Shown here: one piece after another, positions 28,672 to 37,833 of the stretch
Numbering within the stretch: position 1 is the stretch's first letter
Layout of the letters: every line of letters starts with the position of its first letter
Source of the DNA: Lentisphaerota bacterium
GTDB taxonomy: Bacteria > Verrucomicrobiota > Lentisphaeria > Victivallales > Victivallaceae
Length of the DNA: 64,000 nucleotides
NCBI GenBank assembly: GCA_015061885.1
Contig: SUVS01000003.1
Location: 17,840-81,839 of the forward strand
Direction: 5' to 3'
Notes under the pieces: model-generated
Database searches by the model: none
Seen by the model: only the letters and a program-made list of their open reading frames with translations
Told to the model about the DNA's origin: nothing
Program-made: the position numbers and the translations under genes

Positions 28672-28719
28672 GAGGAGGGGAAAAAGACCTTTTGAGGAAA
28701 GGTCCTTTTTCCCCTCCTC
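28672..28719. repeat. long near-perfect hairpin (18-bp stem) upstream of yigZ
   Basis: GAGGAGGGGAAAAAGACC (28672-28689) pairs with GGTCCTTTTTCCCCTCCTC (28701-28719), with one bulged C. It lies 27 nt from the yigZ start codon. Confidence 0.85.
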
Positions 28720-28751
28720 AAACTCCACCCCTTTTTCCCAAACCTTTTATT

Positions 28752-28788
28752 GGCATTTATCTTTTTGCCCTGCAAAAAGATAAATGCC
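28752..28788. repeat. perfect 17-bp hairpin
   Basis: GGCATTTATCTTTTTGC / GCAAAAAGATAAATGCC with a 3-nt loop, followed on the plus strand by TTTTAAGTTTT. Confidence 0.85.
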
Positions 28789-28804
28789 TTTTAAGTTTTG
28801 AAAA

Positions 28805-28843
28805 ATCTTATTCAATATCGTTGCTGTTTATCAACCGATATTG
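28805..28843 (-). terminator. candidate terminator of the SGNH esterase pair
   Basis: 8-bp stem CAATATCG (28813-28820) / CGATATTG (28836-28843). On the minus strand it is followed by AATAAGATTTTT. Confidence 0.4.
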
Positions 28844-28938
28844 GAAACAGAGCTTTATATTATTGCGATAGAATTGATGCGGTATAACACTTTGAAACAT
28901 GCCGCAAGACAAGGCTGGATTTCAGAGTGTTTTACCGC

Positions 28939-29832
28939 TTACTTTTTACCGACGAATTTTTCGACATAAGGCATCATTGCCTGGGCCCAGACTTCGTAAC
29001 CGGCATCGTTGGGGTGCAGCACATCGGGCATAAGTGTTTTGGGCAGATTGCCTTTTTTATCGACAAATTTATCGGTGATGTCGCAGTAGAAAACATTCTT
29101 GTCATCGCCCAGCTTGCAAATAACTTTATTGATTTCGGCAACCTGTTTGCGGAAAATGTGTTTGGCATTGGCACCACGGGGGAACACGCCGAAAAGCACG
29201 ATCTTGGCATCGGGCAGCTGGGTGCGGAGACCTTCCACGATCTTGGTGACCCCGGCAGCAGCGGCAGCGGGAGTGGAGCGTTTATGACCTATATTGTTGG
29301 TACCGATCATAACTACCGCCATCTTGGCTTTAAGGTTCTTGAGATAGCCGCTTTCGTTGACTACCCACAAAGTGTTTTCGGTGCGGTCGCCGGAATACCC
29401 GAGATTGATGACCTTGTAGTTACTGAAATACTTTTTATAAGTATTCAGACCGCCGATTTTGTACTTATTGTTATTTCCATTGCAATCTTTTTCCCAGAAA
29501 TGAGTGATGCTGTCGCCGATCCAGACCATATCCACATCGTTTTTGTAATCGGCGATCTGCTTGAGTTTGGCATCGTAACGCTTGTGCCAAGTGCTCTTTC
29601 TCTTGGCGTTGGGATTGTTGCGGGCTTTGGGAGTAGTTGAAACAGCCAAACCGCCGTCGGCGGGCATAACATATTTTTTTCTGGGTTTGGCAGCCTTTTT
29701 TACCGCCTTTTCAGCAGCCGGTTTGGCAGCTTTTTCAGCGGCAGGTTTTTCAGCAGAGGCTTTGGTTTCAGCAGCACTCACACTGAATGCGGCGAAGGCA
29801 GCGGCAAGCAGCATAAGCAATGTCTTTTTCAT
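28939..29832 (-). CDS. SGNH/GDSL hydrolase family esterase (PAF-AH Ib / sialate O-acetylesterase-like), secreted
   Basis: 297 aa with a signal peptide and a Lys/Ala/Pro-rich linker (AEKPAAEKAAKPAAEKAVKKAAKP). SGNH blocks WIGDSITH, GYSGD, MIGTNN and LHPNDAGY. Confidence 0.85.
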   Translation of the reverse strand: MKKTLLMLLAAAFAAFSVSAAETKASAEKPAAEKAAKPAAEKAVKKAAKPRKKYVMPADGGLAVSTTPKARNNPNAKRKSTWHKRYDAKLKQIADYKNDVDMVWIGDSITHFWEKDCNGNNNKYKIGGLNTYKKYFSNYKVINLGYSGDRTENTLWVVNESGYLKNLKAKMAVVMIGTNNIGHKRSTPAAAAAGVTKIVEGLRTQLPDAKIVLFGVFPRGANAKHIFRKQVAEINKVICKLGDDKNVFYCDITDKFVDKKGNLPKTLMPDVLHPNDAGYEVWAQAMMPYVEKFVGKK

Positions 29833-29867
29833 GATTTTTCCTTTGTTTATCTAAATATTGTGATTTT

Positions 29868-30719
29868 TTATTTTTTGCCGACAAATTTTTCCACATAAGG
29901 CATCATCGCCTGTGCCCAGATCTCGTAACCGGCGTCGTTGGGGTGAAGTAAATCAGGCATGATCGATCTGGAGAGAGTGCCGTTTTTATCCAGAAATTTA
30001 TCAGTGATATCGCAGTAGAAAACATTTTTATCATCCGCCAGTTTGCTGATAACAGCGTTTATATCTTTGATATGCTTACGGTAGATGTGTTTGGCACTTG
30101 CTTCCCGGGGGAATACGCCGAAAAGCAATATCTTGGTTTCCGGCAGTCTGGCACGCAATGCTTCCACAACTTTGGTGACCCCCGCCGCAGCGGCAGCCGG
30201 GGTGGCACGATTTCTGGCAATGTTGTTGGTGCCGATCATAACCATCACCATTTTGGGCTTGATGTTGTTCAAATACGGGCTTTTGGCTGCGATCCACAAA
30301 GCGTGCTGGGTGCGGTCGCCGCCATAACCCAGATTGATGACTTTATATTTGCTGAAGTATTTATTGTAAGTAGCCAGACCGCCGAACTTTCTCTTGTTTT
30401 TCAGGGCGTCGGTATCCCAGTAATGGGTGATGCTGTCGCCGATCCAGACCATATCCACATCGTTTTTGTAATCAGCGATCTGCTTGAGTTTTTCGTCGTA
30501 ACGCTTGTGCCATGCGTTCTTTTTCTTGGCTTTGGGGTTAAAACGGGGTGTGGCGGTGGTGGAAGCCTTCATGCCGCCATCGGCAGGCAGAACATTGGCT
30601 TTTTTCGCCGCTTTTTTAACAGCCTTGGCAGGTTTTTCCGCAGGAGCGGCGTTTTCGGCGGCACTTACTGAAAAGGCGGCAAAAACTGCTGCCAACAGCA
30701 TAAGACATAAGTTTTTCAT
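29868..30719 (-). CDS. SGNH/GDSL hydrolase family esterase, tandem paralog
   Basis: 283 aa and colinear with the 28939-29832 product. It shares the signal peptide core LMLLAA.FAAFSVSAAE and the C-terminus LHPNDAGYE.WAQAMMPYVEKFVGKK. Confidence 0.85.
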   Translation of the reverse strand: MKNLCLMLLAAVFAAFSVSAAENAAPAEKPAKAVKKAAKKANVLPADGGMKASTTATPRFNPKAKKKNAWHKRYDEKLKQIADYKNDVDMVWIGDSITHYWDTDALKNKRKFGGLATYNKYFSKYKVINLGYGGDRTQHALWIAAKSPYLNNIKPKMVMVMIGTNNIARNRATPAAAAAGVTKVVEALRARLPETKILLFGVFPREASAKHIYRKHIKDINAVISKLADDKNVFYCDITDKFLDKNGTLSRSIMPDLLHPNDAGYEIWAQAMMPYVEKFVGKK

Positions 30720-30789
30720 AATTTTCCTTTGTTTGGGTTAAAAATGGAATATTCTGTAAGATAACTCAAATCAATAAAAAAAGCAAATT

Positions 30790-31644
30790 TTACTGCTGAA
30801 AATTCCGCATAACCAGAGCCAGCGAGTGGCGGGGCATGTTCAAAGTCCGGGCAACCGCCGGACATTTCACCCTCAATAGATGCACGATGGGGCGGCAATA
30901 AAGATCCAGCGTTTCAAAGTTGCCCTGCCCTTTGGCGATCACCATATCGCAGCTTTGCATTGCTTCAAGAAATTCTTTTTTTGCCCGCTTGAGTGCCACG
31001 CCGGGTGTGGCATCGCCGGTATCAACAAATTCGTATCCGCCCAAACCGGAATCCTCCAGCTCATGCCGGGTTATATCGTTAAGGATAAAATCGCCGCGTA
31101 CCCCCAGGATAACTTTGCCGGGAAAACGCTCAATAAGCAAGCGGTCAAAGACTGCTTCGCCGCAGTTGTCGAGCATGTAAAAGAGCGTTCCGGCCTGAAA
31201 AAAGCGTTCTTCAAAGCTCCGGATGAGTTTTTCATCCAGAAACATATCAAAGACATCTTTCAGCTGGGGTATCACCGAATCAAGCTCCATATCGCGATTG
31301 ATCCCGCAATCAATGATATTGCCGCCGATAACAGCTTTGACCACCGCGGCGAACTCATAATCGGCTTGAGCTATGATATTCCGCATCCGGGGCATAAGCT
31401 CCAGAGCCAGCAAAGTCGATTGCTTTTTAGCTTCGGCAAAACTGTCGGCTTTACCGCCGGAATCCCGCAGAAAAGTGTAGAGTTTACGGGCAAATTCCGG
31501 CGGAGATTCCTGCCAATCCTGCGAGCTTGCGATCTTCAGCATTTCCGCCGCCGCAGTCTTATGAAGTTTTTCCGGCAGCTGTTTTGCCATGAGGTCAAAA
31601 CAACTGCTGATAACACAGCTTACACATTCGCTTGATATTTTCAT
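30790..31644 (-). CDS. DUF89 (ARMT1-like damage-control phosphatase) family protein
   Basis: Start at ATG 31644 (MKISSECVSCVISS...). Motifs GGNIIDCG, LDNCGEAVFD, NDIT and KGQGNFETL. Confidence 0.8.
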   Translation of the reverse strand: MKISSECVSCVISSCFDLMAKQLPEKLHKTAAAEMLKIASSQDWQESPPEFARKLYTFLRDSGGKADSFAEAKKQSTLLALELMPRMRNIIAQADYEFAAVVKAVIGGNIIDCGINRDMELDSVIPQLKDVFDMFLDEKLIRSFEERFFQAGTLFYMLDNCGEAVFDRLLIERFPGKVILGVRGDFILNDITRHELEDSGLGGYEFVDTGDATPGVALKRAKKEFLEAMQSCDMVIAKGQGNFETLDLYCRPIVHLLRVKCPAVARTLNMPRHSLALVMRNFQQ

Positions 31645-31648
31645 AAAA

Positions 31649-32491
31649 TCACCGTTTGCCGTGCATTTTCCAGTTACGCTGGCGTGCCGCTTCGTAAAGC
31701 AGTATGGTGGTGGCAGTTGCCACATTCAGCGAATCTATCTGTCCGAGCATGGGGATCACCACCGGCAGATCGCACTCCGTCATCCAGCGTTCGGTCAGAC
31801 CGGTCTGTTCGGTGCCAACGGCAATGGCCACACTGGTGGTCAGATCCACATCGGTATAGATATTGTCGGTGTGCGGCGTGGCAGAAAGTATCTTTATATT
31901 GTGCTTACGCAGCCACGCAAAAGTTTCGTCGGTAGTGGCTTCAGCCAGCGGCACGGCGAACAATGCCCCGGTGGATGCCCGGATAACATTGGGGTTGTAT
32001 ATATCGGTGGTTTTGTCGCAGATTATCATGCCGTCAACTCCGGCGGCATCGGCACTGCGGAGCATACTGCCGAGATTGCCGGGTTTTTCCACGGCTTCGG
32101 CCACCAGATAAAGACCGTTTTCCACTACCGGGAGATCATCAAGAGTATGCCGGAGCATTTTTGCCGTGGCGATCAAACCTTCGGGCCGGTCGCGGTAAGC
32201 CATTTTTTCGAGCATGAAAGGCGGAACCTGATAAACCCGCACTCCGGCATCGGCAAGGCTTTTGAGGACAGTAAACTCATTTTCGCCCAGAAACATTTCG
32301 GGAGCAAAAAAACACTCCACCAGTTCCATGCCGTATTCTTGAGCCCGGGTCAGCTCCCGGTAGCCTTCCAGCACGGTCAGACGGCGTTTTTCCCGATCCC
32401 GCCGGTCACGCAGTTTCATAACCGATTTGAAAGTTGCGTTCTGCGTACTGCTCAATACGGTATATCGAAAACTTTTATCCATAAAATCCAT
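31649..32491 (-). CDS. TrmH/SpoU family RNA 2'-O-methyltransferase
   Basis: SpoU motifs EKPGNLGSMLRSADAAGVD, NPNVIRASTGALF and SLNVATATTILLYE. The start is uncertain: the ORF is open to 32563, with ATGs at 32524, 32491 and 32482. Confidence 0.75.
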   Translation of the reverse strand: MDFMDKSFRYTVLSSTQNATFKSVMKLRDRRDREKRRLTVLEGYRELTRAQEYGMELVECFFAPEMFLGENEFTVLKSLADAGVRVYQVPPFMLEKMAYRDRPEGLIATAKMLRHTLDDLPVVENGLYLVAEAVEKPGNLGSMLRSADAAGVDGMIICDKTTDIYNPNVIRASTGALFAVPLAEATTDETFAWLRKHNIKILSATPHTDNIYTDVDLTTSVAIAVGTEQTGLTERWMTECDLPVVIPMLGQIDSLNVATATTILLYEAARQRNWKMHGKR

Positions 32492-32660
32492 CCTGTTCAG
32501 CGTTGAAAAAACTGTATTTTTCATAAGATACAGCAAATATCGGCTTTTTGCCACTTGAAACATTAAAAAAAGCGTAATTTAGAGCTTGCGAAAATCGTTT
32601 TGTGAGGTTATCTTATATTCCGGATATTTGTACATTTATTTTTTAACAGGTAAAAAACCA

Positions 32661-33470
32661 GTGAAAAAACTTTTTTTAAGCGAATTTTTTCAAAAGCTGT
32701 GGCAGAACAGCGATCCGTTTGAGGAAGTCGGCAAACTTGACGGCACATTGTTCCGGGAAGTCAAGACCCGCCGCACCATGCGGCTGGAGCTGGGCGACAG
32801 AAGTTTTTTCCTCAAACACCATCTGGGTGTGGGTTGGAAAGAGATTTTCAAAAACCTCTTGCAATTCAAACTGCCCATTCTGGGAGCCGGCAATGAATTT
32901 GCCGCCATCAATGCGTTGACCGCACTTGATGTGCCGACCATGACCGCCGAGGCTTACGGCGAAAAAGGCACCGATCCGGCAAAACGCGAATCGTTCCTGA
33001 TAACAGCGGAGTTGTGCGACAATGTTTCGCTGGAAGATATTTGCCGGAATTGGGCGGAAAAGCGTCCGGATTTCAAATTCAAATACGCTCTGCTCAAGGA
33101 AGTGGCACGCTCGTCGTCGATCATGCACGACAACAACATCTGCCACCGCGATTGCTACATCTGCCACTTTCTTTTGGATATGAAAACTGCCGGTGCCCAG
33201 CGGCCGCTGGTTTCAGTCATAGATCTGCACCGGGCGTTGATCTGGAAAACTCTGCCGTTCCGCTACCGGGTCAAAGATACGGCGGGGCTCTATTTTTCGA
33301 GCATGGATGCCGGATTGAGCCGGAGAGATTTTTACCGGTTTATGAAACTGTACAGTCATAAAAGTTTGCGTGATACTCTGCAAAACGATAAAAAATTCTG
33401 GCAGGCAGTGGATAAAACCGCCCGCAAACTTTATATGAAAGATCACAAAAAAGCCGCTCCGGAGTTTTAA
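32661..33470 (+). CDS. lipopolysaccharide kinase (InaA/RfaP/Kdo kinase) family protein
   Basis: GTG 32661 (VKKLFLSEFF...). Kinase-like motifs FLKHH, NEFAAINAL, HRDCYICHFLLD and VIDLHRA. Confidence 0.7.
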   Translation: MKKLFLSEFFQKLWQNSDPFEEVGKLDGTLFREVKTRRTMRLELGDRSFFLKHHLGVGWKEIFKNLLQFKLPILGAGNEFAAINALTALDVPTMTAEAYGEKGTDPAKRESFLITAELCDNVSLEDICRNWAEKRPDFKFKYALLKEVARSSSIMHDNNICHRDCYICHFLLDMKTAGAQRPLVSVIDLHRALIWKTLPFRYRVKDTAGLYFSSMDAGLSRRDFYRFMKLYSHKSLRDTLQNDKKFWQAVDKTARKLYMKDHKKAAPEF

Positions 33471-33475
33471 GTTTT

Positions 33476-34366
33476 ATGGGTAAATTCAAGCCGTCCAATC
33501 AGTTGTATATTCCGCAGGAAGGCGAATTCTCTTTGCGGGAAGACCGGACTCTGGAAGCTACCTGCTACAAGCCGCTCTCCCGTGTACTGCTGGAAATCAG
33601 CTACGACGGCAGTGAATACGGCGGCTGGCAGATCCAGCCCAACCGGTTGGCGGTGCAGGAAGATATGCAAGCTAAACTGACAAAACTCTACGGCGGACAG
33701 TTCATTCACCTGATCGGCTCCAGCCGTACCGATGCGGGGGTGCATGCCATCGGTTTTGCGGCAAGTTTTCTTACGCCGGTAAGACCGGTTATACCGCTGG
33801 ATAAATTGCAGAACGCTCTCAACCGGCAGCTGCCCCCGGCGATCAGAATAAGAAGTGTGCGGGAGGTGCCGCTGGATTTCCACACCCGTTACGACGCGAT
33901 CGGCAAGGCATATACTTATGTTATAAACATGGGCATGGAAACGCCGTTTTCCGGCAGATACAGTATGCTTTCGACCTGGAAACTGGATGCGGAAAAAATG
34001 CGTGAAGCCGCATCGCACCTGATCGGCACGCACGATTACTCCAGTTTTGTAGCCGAACGCAAAAATATTGATGATGCCGTGCGTACCATTTATGATATAA
34101 GAGTACAGGATTTCGGCAACTTCCGCTGTCTGACCTTTATCGGCAACGGTTTTCTCTATAAAATGGTGCGTAATTTAGTCGGCACGCTTTACGCCGCAGG
34201 CAACGGCACGATCCAGCCCGGCGAAGCAAAAAACATCCTTGAATCCCGCGACCGGACAGTTGCCCCGGATACCGCTCCGGCACACGGATTGTTTTTGATG
34301 AAAGTCTTTTTTGAGCCGGACGATCCCCGCAGTTTCCAACTGGAACAGGTTCCGTTTTTTATGTAA
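33476..34366 (+). CDS. truA: tRNA pseudouridine(38-40) synthase
   Basis: 296 aa with ISYDGSEYGGWQIQPN and the catalytic SSRTDAGVHA. Confidence 0.9.
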   Translation: MGKFKPSNQLYIPQEGEFSLREDRTLEATCYKPLSRVLLEISYDGSEYGGWQIQPNRLAVQEDMQAKLTKLYGGQFIHLIGSSRTDAGVHAIGFAASFLTPVRPVIPLDKLQNALNRQLPPAIRIRSVREVPLDFHTRYDAIGKAYTYVINMGMETPFSGRYSMLSTWKLDAEKMREAASHLIGTHDYSSFVAERKNIDDAVRTIYDIRVQDFGNFRCLTFIGNGFLYKMVRNLVGTLYAAGNGTIQPGEAKNILESRDRTVAPDTAPAHGLFLMKVFFEPDDPRSFQLEQVPFFM

Positions 34367-34388
34367 AATTGGAGGCAGAAGTTTTTAT

Positions 34389-34814
34389 ATGAAAAAGAGT
34401 ACAGTCAACCGGGTAACGATAGCGTTGGACGATCAGCTTTTGCATCAGCTTGACGAAAAGATGGCGGAAACACAAAGTGTCAACCGTTCGGAATTTGTCC
34501 GGGAACTTCTGCGTGATTACCTGGTGAATTCGGCGTGGAGCAAAAGCGATACGGAAATGCTCGGTACTATAACTGTTTTATACAATCATCATCAGCGGGA
34601 ACTTTGTGCAAAACTTACCAAAGTTCAGCACGATGCCGCTGTAAAAATATTAGCTTCAACGCATGTGCATCTGTCGCACGAACTCTGTGCGGAAATGATC
34701 ATGGCACTCGGAGTGCCGCAGTCATTGCACGATCTGCACTGTCAGATCCGGCGGGTACGCGGCGTACTGCATGCGGCGTTGAGCATGGGTTCAAGCGGAA
34801 ACGAAATGGAGTGA
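34389..34814 (+). CDS. nikR: nickel-responsive regulator NikR (ribbon-helix-helix plus metal-binding domain)
   Basis: ATG 34389 after GGAGG. RHH N-terminus VNRVTIALDDQLLHQLD...NRSEFVRELLR. C-terminal His/Cys cluster (YNHHQRELC, STHVHLSHELC). Confidence 0.75.
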   Translation: MKKSTVNRVTIALDDQLLHQLDEKMAETQSVNRSEFVRELLRDYLVNSAWSKSDTEMLGTITVLYNHHQRELCAKLTKVQHDAAVKILASTHVHLSHELCAEMIMALGVPQSLHDLHCQIRRVRGVLHAALSMGSSGNEME

Positions 34815-34817
34815 TTT

Positions 34818-35312
34818 ATGGCAGGAGATTTATTGATTTGCCGCAAAGAAGAAAAATACGGCATTGTTTTGTCCGGAAGAGTTAATTTTGAAACCGTTGT
34901 TCCGCTCCGGGATTTTGTCAACAATCTGCCCGCAGATGCAAAAGAGTTGACCATTGACCTGTCCGACTGCTTGAGCATGGACAGCACCTGTATGGGGGTC
35001 TTGAGCATGTTGGCTCTGACCGGAATCAAAAGCAAGCTGAAAATGCGGTTGCTCAATGCCGGCGGCAACCGTCAGTTGCTCAAAGGTCTGGGCGTAGAAA
35101 AACTTTTCAAATTTGAAGACGGCGAATTTATACCCTACGAAACGATCATCTATCCGGCAGGCAAGACCGCCAAAGATATGAAAAGTGCCGCCGAAACAGT
35201 GTTGGAAGCTCACGAAACGCTCATCTCTGCCGACAACAGCAACCAACAGCGTTTCGGGGCAGTCGTGGAAATGACCCGGCAGGATGTGGAACGCCTGAAA
35301 GAAAACAAATAA
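34818..35312 (+). CDS. STAS domain-containing protein (anti-sigma antagonist-like) with C-terminal extension
   Basis: 164 aa with an STAS-like core (LTIDLSDCLSMDSTCMGVLSML) but no obvious phospho-Ser context. The start is 3 nt after the nikR stop. Confidence 0.55.
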   Translation: MAGDLLICRKEEKYGIVLSGRVNFETVVPLRDFVNNLPADAKELTIDLSDCLSMDSTCMGVLSMLALTGIKSKLKMRLLNAGGNRQLLKGLGVEKLFKFEDGEFIPYETIIYPAGKTAKDMKSAAETVLEAHETLISADNSNQQRFGAVVEMTRQDVERLKENK

Positions 35313-35332
35313 ACACCCCTGATATAACAGCC

Positions 35333-35977
35333 ATGACCAATCTGATAATCCATTACTTTGACCTTTTCGGAACTGCAGTATTTGCAGTAACGGGGGCTTT
35401 GTGCGGTGTCCGGCACAAACTTGATCTGCTGGGAGTGGTGGTTTTCGGCTGTACCGTAGGGGTAGGCGGCGGAATATTACGCGATGCGATAATCGGGGCA
35501 GTTCCGGTGGCGGCATTAAAAGATAAAAGCTATCTCCTGATTTGCATAATCAGTGCCCTGACAGTCTTTTTTATCGCCCGCAAATTGAGCAATTTGAGCA
35601 AGGTTATTGCCATTTGCGACGCCGTCGGTTTGGGGGTATTTACCGCCATCGGAGCGGCAAAAGGGGCGGTGTACGAACTCAACACTATTGGTATAATCCT
35701 CTGCGGCGTGCTGACCGCCGTTGGCGGAGGTATATTGCGTGATGTTATGAGTAAATCCATACCGGTGGTGCTGACCAGTGATTTTTATGCAACAGCTTCA
35801 CTGCTGGGCGGCGGACTTTTCTGCATACTTGCCGGGTTCACCGAATTGGCAGATTTCACTAAATTTTTAACCGTATCAATATTTGTTACCAGCATAAGAC
35901 TTGGAGCCATGTACCTGAAGTTGCGACTCCCCGTAGCCCGATGTGCTGACAACGATTCAGCAGAAAGGATTCAATGA
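35333..35977 (+). CDS. TRIC / UPF0126 family cation channel (YadS-like)
   Basis: 214 aa with a duplicated motif: FAVTGAL..GVGGGILRD and FTAIGAA..AVGGGILRD. Confidence 0.8.
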   Translation: MTNLIIHYFDLFGTAVFAVTGALCGVRHKLDLLGVVVFGCTVGVGGGILRDAIIGAVPVAALKDKSYLLICIISALTVFFIARKLSNLSKVIAICDAVGLGVFTAIGAAKGAVYELNTIGIILCGVLTAVGGGILRDVMSKSIPVVLTSDFYATASLLGGGLFCILAGFTELADFTKFLTVSIFVTSIRLGAMYLKLRLPVARCADNDSAERIQ

Positions 35978-36336
35978 TGACCAATGTCCGTCCCGGTTCC
36001 GGAGTGCTTATCCGGGTTGCCAATCTTGATATGCAGCGTATTTTCTACCGCGAACTGCTCATGCTGGGCGATCCGGTCGTGGACAGTGCTTTCTGGGTGG
36101 AATTTGCCGCCCCGGACGGCACGCGTATTATTCTGGAAAAATCCGAAGCGGCATACCTTGAACACGAAGTTTCGGCAACCACACTGGTGCTGGCAACGCC
36201 GTTGCAGGAAAAGATCCGCAAGGAGCTGGAGTTGCACAATTACCCGATAACTCCGGGCGAAAAAGCTCACCCCGGCGAAGTCTTCTACCGGGGACAGGAC
36301 CCGGAAGGAAATGTATTTTATCTTTGCACACTTTAA
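35974..36336 (+). CDS. VOC (glyoxalase/bleomycin-resistance) superfamily-like small protein
   Basis: 120 aa. An ATGA overlaps the upstream stop. Beta-alpha-beta-like pattern with a terminal DPEGNVFYL typical of VOC proteins. Confidence 0.5.
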   Translation: MMTNVRPGSGVLIRVANLDMQRIFYRELLMLGDPVVDSAFWVEFAAPDGTRIILEKSEAAYLEHEVSATTLVLATPLQEKIRKELELHNYPITPGEKAHPGEVFYRGQDPEGNVFYLCTL

Positions 36337-36366
36337 CATAAAAACCTTTAAGAAAGGAAAAAGATC

Positions 36367-37734
36367 ATGGCTTTTCTTGACGAAAACTACCTTATCAGCA
36401 ATGCCGCCGGCAGACGTATTTTTGATGCAATCAAAGCTCTGCCCGTAGTCGATGCCCACAACCACGCCAATGTAAAAGAATTGGCAGAAAACAAAAATTA
36501 TCCCGATGCATGGCAGCTTTTTGCCGCCACCGACCACTATGTCTGGAGTACCATGCGTCGTTGCGGAGTCGATGAAGAATACATCACCGGCTCCCGCACC
36601 CCGCGTGAAAAGTTCTGCGAACTGGGCAGAATCTTCCCGCTGCTGGTCGGTAACCCGGTCTATGAATGGATCCACCTCGACCTCAAACGGGTGATGAATA
36701 TCGACACCATCCTCAATGGCGAAACAGCCAACGAAATCTTTGACAAAGTCAATGCAGTCCTTGCAAGAGAAGATATGAAACCGCTTTCCATATTGAAAAA
36801 ACTCAATGTGGTGGCAATGTGCTCCACCGACGATCCCATTGATACGCTTGAGTATCACCGTCAGGTCAACGCCGCCTGGGGCGGTATTCTGGTTCGTCCC
36901 ACCTGGCGTCCTGATGCCTCTATGAATATGCACTTGCCCACCTGGAAAGGCTATATGCAGAAGCTCGCCGACCGCTTTGAAATGAAATTTACTTGTATCG
37001 ACGACCTTTTTGCGGCTTTGCGTAAATCCCACGATTACTTTGCCGAAAACAACTGTACCGTAAGCGATCACGGCGTGGAAGTCGTGCCGGGAGCGACCTT
37101 TGACAAAGCCGCCGCCGACTGCACTTTCCGCAAAGCTCTTGCCGGCGAAGCAGTCAGCAAAGACGAGATCGTCAACTTCCAGAAAGCAGTAATGCACTGT
37201 GCCGGTGAGCTGGATGCAGAAAAAGACTGGGTCTTCCAGCTGCACTTCGGAGCCATGCGTAATGTGCGTTACAGCATTTTTGAAAAGCTCGGCCCCGATA
37301 CCGGAGTGGATACCGGCAACTGCTTCCAGGATCACTATCCGGGCATCGTGGATCTGCTCAATGTGTTTGACAACCGCCTGAAGGTGGTATTGTACTGCTT
37401 TGATCCCACGCAAATTTCCACCGTGGCAAGTGTTGCCCGTGCATTCTGCAGCAAAGTCAAGATCGGTGCCCCGTGGTGGCAGTGCGACAATCCTATCGGC
37501 ATGAAACGCCAGTTGGAATATTTCGGCAGTGTGGATCTGCTCAACAACTGCTCCGGCATGGTTTCCGACAGCCGCAAACTTTTGAGCTACGGCTCCCGCC
37601 ACGAAATGTTCCGCCGGGTGCTTGCCGATGTGCTGGGCGAAATGGCAGAACTCGGTCAGGCTCCGGAAGAAATACTGACTGCATTGGCAGTGCGTCTTTG
37701 CTACGAACAGCCCCGCAGTTACTTTGCTATTTGA
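36367..37734 (+). CDS. uxaC: glucuronate isomerase
   Basis: 455 aa with FLDENYLISN..GRRIF..LPVVDAHNHA at the N-terminus and overall UxaC length. Confidence 0.88.
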   Translation: MAFLDENYLISNAAGRRIFDAIKALPVVDAHNHANVKELAENKNYPDAWQLFAATDHYVWSTMRRCGVDEEYITGSRTPREKFCELGRIFPLLVGNPVYEWIHLDLKRVMNIDTILNGETANEIFDKVNAVLAREDMKPLSILKKLNVVAMCSTDDPIDTLEYHRQVNAAWGGILVRPTWRPDASMNMHLPTWKGYMQKLADRFEMKFTCIDDLFAALRKSHDYFAENNCTVSDHGVEVVPGATFDKAAADCTFRKALAGEAVSKDEIVNFQKAVMHCAGELDAEKDWVFQLHFGAMRNVRYSIFEKLGPDTGVDTGNCFQDHYPGIVDLLNVFDNRLKVVLYCFDPTQISTVASVARAFCSKVKIGAPWWQCDNPIGMKRQLEYFGSVDLLNNCSGMVSDSRKLLSYGSRHEMFRRVLADVLGEMAELGQAPEEILTALAVRLCYEQPRSYFAI

Positions 37735-37756
37735 GAGATAGTCTGAAAGAACAACA

Positions 37757-37802
37757 CCGCAGAACCGCTGAATAAAGCAATGATTTTTCAGCGGTTCTGC
37801 GG
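37757..37802 (+). terminator. perfect 16-bp hairpin after uxaC
   Basis: CCGCAGAACCGCTGAA / TTCAGCGGTTCTGCGG with a 14-nt loop. There is no clear U-tract, so terminator function is tentative. Confidence 0.45.
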
Positions 37803-37833
37803 AATAAAGTGTAATTTTTCAACGGAGATTCAG

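Noticed and set aside
28672-28719. The GAGGAGGGG...CCCCTCCTC hairpin as a simple intrinsic terminator
   Set aside because: There is no U-tract after the stem on either strand. It is kept as an unexplained structured element rather than called a terminator.
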